From NCBI GenBank assembly GCA_016932965.1, contig JAFGBW010000138.1, positions 1 through 42,261 on the forward strand: DNA of 42,261 nt, given 5' to 3'. This DNA is from Candidatus Auribacterota bacterium. GTDB taxonomy: Bacteria > Auribacterota > JAFGBW01. Both the position numbers and the translations under genes were made by a program. Numbering within the stretch: position 1 is the first letter of the stretch; each line of letters starts with the position of its first letter. A model generated the notes under the pieces. It did not search any database and was not told the origin of the DNA. It saw only the letters and a list, made by a program, of their open reading frames with translations. Below are positions 35,355-42,261 of this stretch, piece by piece.

Positions 35355-35996
35355 ATGAGCAGCATGAGCACAAATTTTTCTCCCACAAAAAAAAATATTC
35401 GTCAATCTATAAAAAAAGACTTGCAAAATTTTTCTAAAGAGAAAAGATATTCATTATCAGACCGTATTAGGAAACGTTTTTTCATACTTTTGGAAAAATG
35501 GTTCCCAAAAAGCTCTTTATCTTCTTTGAAAATAATGAGTTATGTTTCATTGGAGAGTGAAGTGGATACGGTCGCAATCATAAAGAAAATCATAAAAATG
35601 AATAGGGTCATTTGGATCCCGAGATGCAATGGCGATAAGATTGAGTCGGTGAAAATTTCTTCGTTAGAAGGATTGCAGCCTGGACGGTTCGGAATTCATG
35701 AACCGGGTCAGGAATTTTCTGTTTTTAAAAGGACTGAAGAATTGGACATGGTTATTGTACCCGGTCTGGGTTTTGACCGTTTCTGCAATCGTCTTGGCCG
35801 TGGAAAGGGTTATTTTGACCGTTTCCTGTCCTCCCTTGGCAACCATCCTGTAACTATTGGACTGGCTTTTGATATCCAGATCGTTGACTTTATACCATGC
35901 AATGACAACGACAGATCACTGGATTTTGTTCTAACGGAAACATCCCTTTATTCGTCCGGCAACAAACCGCTGCCATTCTCTCTTCCTTTGCCCTGA
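35355..35996 (+). CDS. 5-formyltetrahydrofolate cyclo-ligase (MTHFS/YgfA family)
   Basis: Family signature VIVPGLGFDRFCNRLGRGKGYFDRFL, plus GRFGIHEP. Confidence 0.88.
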   Translation: MSSMSTNFSPTKKNIRQSIKKDLQNFSKEKRYSLSDRIRKRFFILLEKWFPKSSLSSLKIMSYVSLESEVDTVAIIKKIIKMNRVIWIPRCNGDKIESVKISSLEGLQPGRFGIHEPGQEFSVFKRTEELDMVIVPGLGFDRFCNRLGRGKGYFDRFLSSLGNHPVTIGLAFDIQIVDFIPCNDNDRSLDFVLTETSLYSSGNKPLPFSLPLP

Positions 35997-36014
35997 ACAA
36001 TAAAAGGAGGAAAA

Positions 36015-37604
36015 ATGGATCAGGCTGAAGATATTATCTTGAAACACCCGACTGTCTTCTTGCTATGGAGCATCTTAATCCCTTTTGTCGGATTCCTAGC
36101 GGGATGGTTGATCAAAAAAATCCTTTTCACCCGAAAAATCGGAGATGCCAGGAAAAAGGCCGATGGCTTGATTACTGATGCCAGAAAAGAAGCTGAAATT
36201 ATAAAAAAACAGGCTGAAATCGAAGTTAAAGATATCATCCTGAAAACAAAATCGGATCTTGAAAAGGAGAGCAACCAGAGGCGCATTGAACTCACCGCCA
36301 TCGAGAAACGCCTTCTTTCCAAGGAAGAACTGCTGGAAAAAAAATACAGTTCTCTCGATAAAAGAGAAAACGACTACCGCAGCAAAGAGGCGAAACTCGA
36401 TTTATCGCAGAAAGAATTGGATTATCTGAAAAATGATGTAAAAAAACAAATGGAACAGCAAAAAATCCAGCTGCTTTCCGTGGCAAGATTGTCCGAAGAC
36501 GAGGCAAAAAAACAAGTTTTCAGAGTATTGGAACAGGAACTGGAATCGGAACGGGCATCCTTTGTCAGAAAATACGAGGCTGAAACAAAACAGATTTCCG
36601 ATAAAAAAGCCAGAAACATCATTGTCCTTTCCATCCAAAGACAGGCGCTGGAACAGGTACAGGATCACAGCACCAAAACGGTTCCCATTCCCAATGACGA
36701 AATGAAAGGACGCATCATTGGACGGGATGGGAGAAATATCCGCGCTTTTGAACAGGCCTGCGGAGTGGACCTCATCGTGGATGACACTCCTGACTCCATT
36801 CTCATTTCCTGTTTTGATCCGGTGCGCAGGCACATCGCGAAAATCGCGCTTGAAAAATTGCTGACAGACGGCCGGATCCATCCGGTCCGCATAGAGGAAT
36901 TGGTCGAAAAGGCCAGAAAAGAAACAGCCGCGTCCATTAAGGAAGCCGGGGAAACGGCGATTGCGGAAGCGGGGCTCTCCTCTTTTTCCCCGGAACTCAT
37001 CAAACTGCTTGGACAGCTTCAATTTCGGACCAGTTACGGCCAGCCGCAATTGAAACATTCCATCGAAGTGGCTCATCTCTCCGGCACGATGGCCGCAGAA
37101 CTTGGAGCGGACATCAAACTGGCCAAACGGGCCGGCATACTCCATGATATTGGAAAAGCTGTCACTCATGAAATTGAAGGGTCACACGCCATGATCGGTG
37201 CAGACCTGTGCAAGAAATACGGAGAAAGTCCGGACGTGGAGCATGCCATACGCGCCCATCATCATGATGTGGAACCGAGAACAGTCTACGCCTATCTTGT
37301 TGATGCTGCTGATGCCATTTCAGGAGGAAGACCCGGAGCAAGAAGCAAAACGGAAGCCATGTATATTCAGCGTCTCGAACAACTGGAGGAAATCTGCCTC
37401 AGCTTTAAGGGGGTCCAGCGTTCCTATGCCATCCAGGCTGGCCGCGATGTCCGGGTTCTTGTTGATCCGCACAAAATCTCGGATGAACAGGCTGTTTTGA
37501 TGGCCAGAGACATCACGAAAAGGATTGAGCAGGAAATGCAGTTTCCCGGACAAATCAAGGTGAGTGTCATCCGTGAACTTAGGGCTGTTGAATATGCTCA
37601 ATAA
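36015..37604 (+). CDS. rny: Ribonuclease Y
   Basis: N-terminal TM (VFLLWSILIPFVGFLAGWLI), a long coiled coil, KH domain (MKGRIIGRDGRNIRAFEQACGVDLIVDDTP) and HD domain (SIEVAHLSGTMAAELG...AGILHDIGKA). RBS AAGGAGG lies upstream. Confidence 0.95.
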   Translation: MDQAEDIILKHPTVFLLWSILIPFVGFLAGWLIKKILFTRKIGDARKKADGLITDARKEAEIIKKQAEIEVKDIILKTKSDLEKESNQRRIELTAIEKRLLSKEELLEKKYSSLDKRENDYRSKEAKLDLSQKELDYLKNDVKKQMEQQKIQLLSVARLSEDEAKKQVFRVLEQELESERASFVRKYEAETKQISDKKARNIIVLSIQRQALEQVQDHSTKTVPIPNDEMKGRIIGRDGRNIRAFEQACGVDLIVDDTPDSILISCFDPVRRHIAKIALEKLLTDGRIHPVRIEELVEKARKETAASIKEAGETAIAEAGLSSFSPELIKLLGQLQFRTSYGQPQLKHSIEVAHLSGTMAAELGADIKLAKRAGILHDIGKAVTHEIEGSHAMIGADLCKKYGESPDVEHAIRAHHHDVEPRTVYAYLVDAADAISGGRPGARSKTEAMYIQRLEQLEEICLSFKGVQRSYAIQAGRDVRVLVDPHKISDEQAVLMARDITKRIEQEMQFPGQIKVSVIRELRAVEYAQ

Positions 37605-37612
37605 AATGGTGA

Positions 37613-37691
37613 CAGGATTAACAGGATCGACAGGATTTTATTTCGCCTGCGGCGAGTGATCAATCTATCCTGTACTCATGGTAATCCTGTT
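37613..37691. repeat. Cluster of ACAGGAT/ATCCTGT heptamers (3 direct at 9-nt period plus 2 inverted) with a central GC hairpin
   Basis: ACAGGAT at 37613, 37622 and 37631. TCGCC-TGC-GGCGA hairpin at about 37644-37656. ATCCTGT at 37668 and 37685. It lies immediately downstream of the rny stop. The left and right halves are mutually complementary, so a long hairpin is possible. Confidence 0.8.
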
Positions 37692-37765
37692 TTCACATTT
37701 CATTTAACATTCTATCTTTGTAAATCTTTGTTAATAGTAACATGTTGAAAATTTAATGAACTAAT

Positions 37766-38188
37766 ATGTCCACCTCTTCTTCACATTCTCAGCCCTGTTT
37801 CAGATACAATATCCGGGTTCCTTACGCTCATGTGGACCAAATGGGTTTCGTATATTATGCGAACTATTTTGTATATTTCGAAATGGCCAGGTCTGAACTC
37901 CTGAGAGAAGCAGGAATTCCTTACACGAAGATGGAAAAACAAGGCGTCTTTCTGCCGGTTGTAGAGGCTCATTGTGTGTATAGAAAACCTGCACATTACG
38001 ATGATCTACTTTCGATTGAGAGCCGTTGCTCCATAAGAGGAATAAGGCTGAGAATAGATTATACCCTTCAATCTCAAAACGAATTACTGGCTGAAGGGCA
38101 CACGGAACACGTCTGCATGAACCGCAAAGGAAAAGCGTTACGCCCGGTCCAAGAGATTAAAAGATTGGTCCATCCGCCTGTCGTATAA
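37766..38188 (+). CDS. Acyl-CoA thioesterase, YbgC/4HBT (hotdog) family
   Basis: VPYAHVDQMGFVYYANYFVYFEMARSELLREAGIPYTKMEKQGVFLPVVEAHCVYRKPAHYDDLL is the typical YbgC/FadM-like hotdog pattern, with the catalytic Asp in HVDQMG. Confidence 0.85.
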   Translation: MSTSSSHSQPCFRYNIRVPYAHVDQMGFVYYANYFVYFEMARSELLREAGIPYTKMEKQGVFLPVVEAHCVYRKPAHYDDLLSIESRCSIRGIRLRIDYTLQSQNELLAEGHTEHVCMNRKGKALRPVQEIKRLVHPPVV

Positions 38189-38200
38189 CAAGGTTCCATC

Positions 38201-39691
38201 ATGCGTTTGGGAATAAAAAAATACATCTTTGTTTTAGGCTTGATATTCATAGCATGGTTATCAGCGGAGTGCCTCACATCCATGTCATATTTTATTATTC
38301 ATAAACAGTTTCTGCTTCCATACGAAATGAAAAAAAATATCGTCATGCACAGGGATAAGCAAAAAAATAAATCCCGTTTATTTCAGCAAAACTACACCCA
38401 TATTTATTGGGATAAACTAGTTGAAATCATCCATCCCTACTTTGGTTTTATCCCTGATCCTTACCGGAACGAAGGACTTGGAGTATCCGATTTCGGTTTC
38501 ATATCAGGAAAAAATTCGACTCCCATCCATAAAAAATCGAAAGATAAAATCATCATCGCTTTTTTTGGCGGGTCTTTTTCACTGGGGACTTATTTCTCAA
38601 CAAAGGAAAGTCTGAAGGAAATGAACCGGAAAAATAAAGAGATTGTCTTGCTTAATTTCTCTGCCGGAGGGTATAAACAACCGCAACAATTATTGATACT
38701 CGCTTATCTTTTGTCTCTGGGTGCCGACTTTGATGTGGTCATCAATCTGGATGGCTACAATGAACTGGTCCTGCCTGAAACGGAAAATATCAGGGCACAC
38801 GTCTATCCCTTTTATCCGCGCATGTGGCATTCACGCACCATGGGACTCCTTGATCATCAAACCATTAAAAAATTGGCCTTTGTCGAACTGCTTAAAGATC
38901 ATGCATCGGACTGGACCGAATTTTTTTATCAAAATAACCTGTTTTACAGCCCGTTATTATATACGATCTGGCAATACCGGGAAAACCATCTGACAGAAAA
39001 AATCAATCGTTCAACAGAAGAAATTGTTTTTGGACATTATTCATATAGATTGTCTCCCTATTCCATTCAAACCTTACGGAAGAAAAGTCTTCCCTCTCAT
39101 ATAACCGATGATCTGATTCCTTTGCAGAACCGGTCTTTTTCCAATTTGAAAGAGCTCATTGCAGCTATTGAAAAGCAGATAGGGCCGACAGAAACTGCCC
39201 GATATAAAAATCCAATTTTATCTGTCATTCAGACGGTGGATCCAACCATTGAATATGTATCCAAAGGCCCTGATTATTCCTTTTCTTCAGATGATGAATT
39301 CATTGCTGATCTGGCAAACGTATGGGAAAAAAGCTCTCTCCAGATGAAAAATTTATGCGATGCCAATGATATCCGGTATTATCATTTCCTTCAGCCCTGC
39401 CTGTATCTCACTGGATCAAAACTCATGCATCAAAACGAAAAAGATCTGATGCATTCAAAGGATGCTTCCTTTCAGTCCGTGATAGAAAAAGGCTATCCAT
39501 GTTTAAAAAAATCCGGCGAAAATCTAAAACAAAAGGGGATTGATTTCATCGATCTGACAATGATATTCAATGAAAATAAGGAAACGTTATATACGGACGG
39601 ATGCCATCTGAACGATCAAGGTTATACCATTGTTTCCAGGAAGATCCGTGAATATATCTTCTCAGACCAAGAACAGCCTGCAGACGGATGA
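38201..39691 (+). CDS. Signal-anchored hypothetical protein, possibly an SGNH/GDSL-like hydrolase fold
   Basis: N-terminal anchor: YIFVLGLIFIAWLSA. Weak SGNH-like blocks: IIIAFFGGSFSLG (block I-like) and LYTDGCHLNDQGYTIVSRKI (DxxH block V-like). The function call is tentative. Confidence 0.45.
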   Translation: MRLGIKKYIFVLGLIFIAWLSAECLTSMSYFIIHKQFLLPYEMKKNIVMHRDKQKNKSRLFQQNYTHIYWDKLVEIIHPYFGFIPDPYRNEGLGVSDFGFISGKNSTPIHKKSKDKIIIAFFGGSFSLGTYFSTKESLKEMNRKNKEIVLLNFSAGGYKQPQQLLILAYLLSLGADFDVVINLDGYNELVLPETENIRAHVYPFYPRMWHSRTMGLLDHQTIKKLAFVELLKDHASDWTEFFYQNNLFYSPLLYTIWQYRENHLTEKINRSTEEIVFGHYSYRLSPYSIQTLRKKSLPSHITDDLIPLQNRSFSNLKELIAAIEKQIGPTETARYKNPILSVIQTVDPTIEYVSKGPDYSFSSDDEFIADLANVWEKSSLQMKNLCDANDIRYYHFLQPCLYLTGSKLMHQNEKDLMHSKDASFQSVIEKGYPCLKKSGENLKQKGIDFIDLTMIFNENKETLYTDGCHLNDQGYTIVSRKIREYIFSDQEQPADG

Positions 39692-39716
39692 AGATTTTCT
39701 TCAAGTACAAGCACCA

Positions 39717-41399
39717 TCAACATTCGTTCTTTTCAATGGCTTCCCCCCCTTTTTTTAAAAGAAAATAGGACAAGAACAAGCTGCCTGATCCGTTGAGAAT
39801 GAGAAGGAAGGTCAGAATAAACAAAGCGGTGTTATGTCCTATCCATCCCATGACATCAGCGTGTTTGACAAAAGCGCAAGGCACGATCAATAAAACAATA
39901 TACGCAATGCTGACAATCAAAGAAAGCGTCCCGCCAAAACCTGATACGGCTTCGGAAGCGGTCAACGCATTGAAATTCGGGAAAAGCGCTCCCAGTCCGA
40001 TGGAACTGGCTGAAAGTCCTGCGGTAGCAAGAACAACCAGAATCAGAGTCAGGACAAAATCGAAACCGGATACATTCAACATCGAATTGGAGGTGATGAT
40101 CAACGGAACCGTGATGCACAGCAAAAAGAGACAAAATGAAATATATTTGACATGAAGCACCTGCCTGAAACGAAAAGGACTCATTCCCAACACCCACATT
40201 CCTTTGCCTTCCATGGAGATCTGGGGAAACAAAAATCGGGTGGAAAGAGTCGCGAGCGTCAGACATACAGAACCCAAATTCAAAAAAATGATGAGATTTT
40301 TCCAGAACAGGCTGTCGATCTGGTAACGCATGTTATGCAGATTGTAAAAATAGACAAAAAGAATACCGAAAAAGATTCCAAACTGGGAATATTGCACCGG
40401 ATCCCTGAAAAACAATTGAACATCCCTGGCGACTATTGATGCGACATCCCTTTTTATCTTCAACAATTTGACAAAAATATGATCGATGATAAAAAACAGG
40501 CTCCACGACTTTCGTCTGGATCCTGCAGATTGATACCGTGTCCATGCCCTGTATCCAAACAGCGAATGAAAAAACAACAGAAAAGCTGTCATGAAGAAAG
40601 CGGAAGAAAAAACCAGATGAAAAGAAATATTTATCGGAAGACGGCTTTCTCCGGACAAGCTCAAAAAGAGCGAAGTAAACCAGGCGGTCGGGTTGAAAGG
40701 ATTCACTGCCCAGCTCGTGTGTTTTAACAAGTGGTCAAAAAGAATATGGATATCACCATGGGTATAAGTATTCCTGGTTTTCAAGGTGAAAAAAATTTTT
40801 ATAAGAACCAGAAAGAGCATGCCGGTTGCGATAAAAATCTTTCCCCGGATTTTGGATAAAAAACTAAGAAAAAGAGCCAGAATAAAACCAAGGCTGGAAG
40901 AGACTAAAATAAAGGGAATCAGAATCAACACGATGGAGCAAACATATCTGGTTATTGAAATATCTTTGACCAAGCCATAAGCGATAAAAAGGGGCAGAGA
41001 CATAAACAGAAAAGCCCAGCTGGACAGGAAAGCGACTTCAATGAATTTTAAAAAAAACAGCTGGTCAAAAGGAACGGGCAAAACAAGATGGAATTCCATT
41101 TCTTTTGAGGAAAACAACGAAGAAACAGTCATCACAATGGAACTGACAGCAAGCATGATAAAAAGAACAAAAAAATACACGTGAAATATCCGTTCGATCA
41201 GCAGATTTCCGATGAAGGAAAAATCCATTAAGAAATGGAACGCCCGGAAGGCGCAAAAAATCCCGGAGAAAAAAAACCCCAAAACAAAAAAAAGGATAAA
41301 ATACACTTTCAATTTTGAATGCGCCGGCAATTCCCTTAGACTGTTCATAAGGCAAAGAGCTTTATAGCGGATCAGTGAAAAAAGCTTAGGCATGGCCAA
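39717..41399 (-). CDS. Polytopic membrane protein (12 or more TM helices), ABC-2 / putative-ABC-exporter-like permease; no ATPase partner in the window
   Basis: Long hydrophobic ORF with a basic N-terminal amphipathic segment (LFSLIRYKALCLMNSLRELPAHSKLK), typical of permease-only exporter-like families. The family assignment is weak. Confidence 0.5.
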   Translation of the reverse strand: MAMPKLFSLIRYKALCLMNSLRELPAHSKLKVYFILFFVLGFFFSGIFCAFRAFHFLMDFSFIGNLLIERIFHVYFFVLFIMLAVSSIVMTVSSLFSSKEMEFHLVLPVPFDQLFFLKFIEVAFLSSWAFLFMSLPLFIAYGLVKDISITRYVCSIVLILIPFILVSSSLGFILALFLSFLSKIRGKIFIATGMLFLVLIKIFFTLKTRNTYTHGDIHILFDHLLKHTSWAVNPFNPTAWFTSLFLSLSGESRLPINISFHLVFSSAFFMTAFLLFFHSLFGYRAWTRYQSAGSRRKSWSLFFIIDHIFVKLLKIKRDVASIVARDVQLFFRDPVQYSQFGIFFGILFVYFYNLHNMRYQIDSLFWKNLIIFLNLGSVCLTLATLSTRFLFPQISMEGKGMWVLGMSPFRFRQVLHVKYISFCLFLLCITVPLIITSNSMLNVSGFDFVLTLILVVLATAGLSASSIGLGALFPNFNALTASEAVSGFGGTLSLIVSIAYIVLLIVPCAFVKHADVMGWIGHNTALFILTFLLILNGSGSLFLSYFLLKKGGEAIEKNEC

Positions 41400-41407
41400 A
41401 CAAGATA

Positions 41408-41914
41408 CTACTGCTTGAGAGGTTCATTGCTTTGTTTGAAACAAACTTCAACTGTAAAAGGGCCTAAGTCAGGAATCATGAATTTGATCACGATGATAAA
41501 CATTTTCGAGGAATGGGAAACATGATGATTTTCCCCGCAAATCACCGAAGGAAGGGAAAGACTGTAATGCAGACCAAGGGAATTGGTGATGCTCCCCTTG
41601 GCATGTCCTACGATCATGTTGCATATCTCCCCGACACCATCTCTAACCATCTGGTCATTAAGCGATTCTGGCTTTTCTCCGATCATGCATTCAATGATTT
41701 TCATGGCAACCTGGCCCGGAAAAGATATAGCCAGGCTTCCCGTGATATCACCGGCAAAACCGATGATCCCCGAAATGTCCCCAAAACAGCACTCATCCTT
41801 CTGTTTGATCCCAAGACCGGTCCTCTCAGGCCTGAGTTGTGTCGTGATCAATAAAACATCAATGGTTGAAAGGACGAAAGGATTAATAAAATTAACATCA
41901 ATTTGGGCAGCCAT
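41408..41914 (-). CDS. cheX: Chemotaxis phosphatase CheX (CheC/CheX family)
   Basis: CheX pattern: INPFVLSTIDVLLITTQL...GDISGIIGFAGDITGSLAISFPGQVAMKIIECMIGE...DGVGEICNMIVGHAKGSI...SLPSVICG. Confidence 0.8.
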   Translation of the reverse strand: MAAQIDVNFINPFVLSTIDVLLITTQLRPERTGLGIKQKDECCFGDISGIIGFAGDITGSLAISFPGQVAMKIIECMIGEKPESLNDQMVRDGVGEICNMIVGHAKGSITNSLGLHYSLSLPSVICGENHHVSHSSKMFIIVIKFMIPDLGPFTVEVCFKQSNEPLKQ

Positions 41915-42024
41915 GACTTTAAACGCAATGTATCCTTTTCAATTCTTTACTGTTATCTATTTTTTGCATTGAATATTTGATGAATTAAAACAATAATAGT
42001 CACAAAAATAAAGCACTTTCTCAT

Positions 42025-42261
42025 ATGACATTACCATCTTTATCTACCATCTTTTCGGTTTTGAATGCGGATAAAACCTCTTCCCCGGTATCACTTGGTT
42101 TTGACGGCTATCTTGACCAGCTGATGTCCGCAGTGGATTCCCGTGAAGACACCAGCCATCACACAAACATCACCACCATCACCCAATTTGGAAACCGTAT
42201 CCTTGCTGCTGCTGGAAAAAGCACCAATATTGAATTGTTCACCCACAGGATCAAATTCGGA
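42025..42261 (+). CDS. Partial CDS (3' end outside the window); hypothetical, N-terminus reminiscent of PfkB/ADP-dependent sugar-kinase-like proteins
   Basis: ATG at 42025 opens a frame that stays open to the window end (MTLPSLSTIFSVLNADKTSSPVSLGFDGYLDQLMSAVDSRED...FGNRILAAAGKSTNIELFTHRIKFG). It is absent from the ORF track because no stop is reached. The functional resemblance is from memory only. Confidence 0.4.
   Translation, partial: MTLPSLSTIFSVLNADKTSSPVSLGFDGYLDQLMSAVDSREDTSHHTNITTITQFGNRILAAAGKSTNIELFTHRIKFG

Noticed and set aside
36402-37169. A 255-aa ORF, plus several 70-112-aa ORFs, antisense to rny.
   Set aside because: These are shadow ORFs inside a gene with unmistakable RNase Y motifs on the plus strand. 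Their translations are low-complexity (F/R/G-rich) and carry no motifs.

Overview
This is a bacterial chromosomal window with AT-rich intergenic regions. All calls rest on ORF structure and motif recognition by eye; no database search was run. It splits into two parts.

(1) Housekeeping genes:
- recA (5'-truncated by the window edge), pcm and purM.
- A classic plus-strand array: tRNA-Val, infC, rpmI, rplT, pheS, pheT, zapA, 6S RNA, 5-formyl-THF cyclo-ligase, rny.
- After rny come a YbgC-type thioesterase and an SGNH-like protein. On the minus strand there is a cheX plus polytopic membrane protein pair.

(2) Accessory content, the most interesting part:
- A roughly 18-kb co-directional minus-strand block (9063-26865).
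- It starts with a translationally coupled trio: a secreted 4xLamG giant protein, a two-TM TPR-like protein, and a membrane-anchored YD/Rhs-repeat protein. The Rhs core of the YD protein is degenerate and it carries no recognisable toxin tip.
- Next is an acyltransferase/carrier/adenylation tri-domain enzyme.
- Then a signalling module: an FHA/Zn-ribbon Ser/Thr kinase, an XRE-HTH/PilZ fusion, and a non-RD Ser/Thr kinase fused to TPR and two 7-bladed WD40 propellers.
- A Wzy_C (O-antigen-ligase-like)/TPR membrane protein is encoded divergently from the LamG gene.

Other notable items:
- A cyclic-nucleotide-binding domain fused to D-lactate dehydrogenase, co-transcribed with a lactate permease.
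- Clustered 9-nt-periodic ACAGGAT repeats in two intergenic regions.
- A tRNA-Val with C at position 33.
- A perfect DnaA box inside an AT-rich inverted repeat.

I found no CRISPR array, transposase, integrase or phage genes. The LamG / TM-TPR / YD trio and the adjacent kinase/PilZ module are my best candidates for a system I cannot name. Novelty cannot be established without searches.
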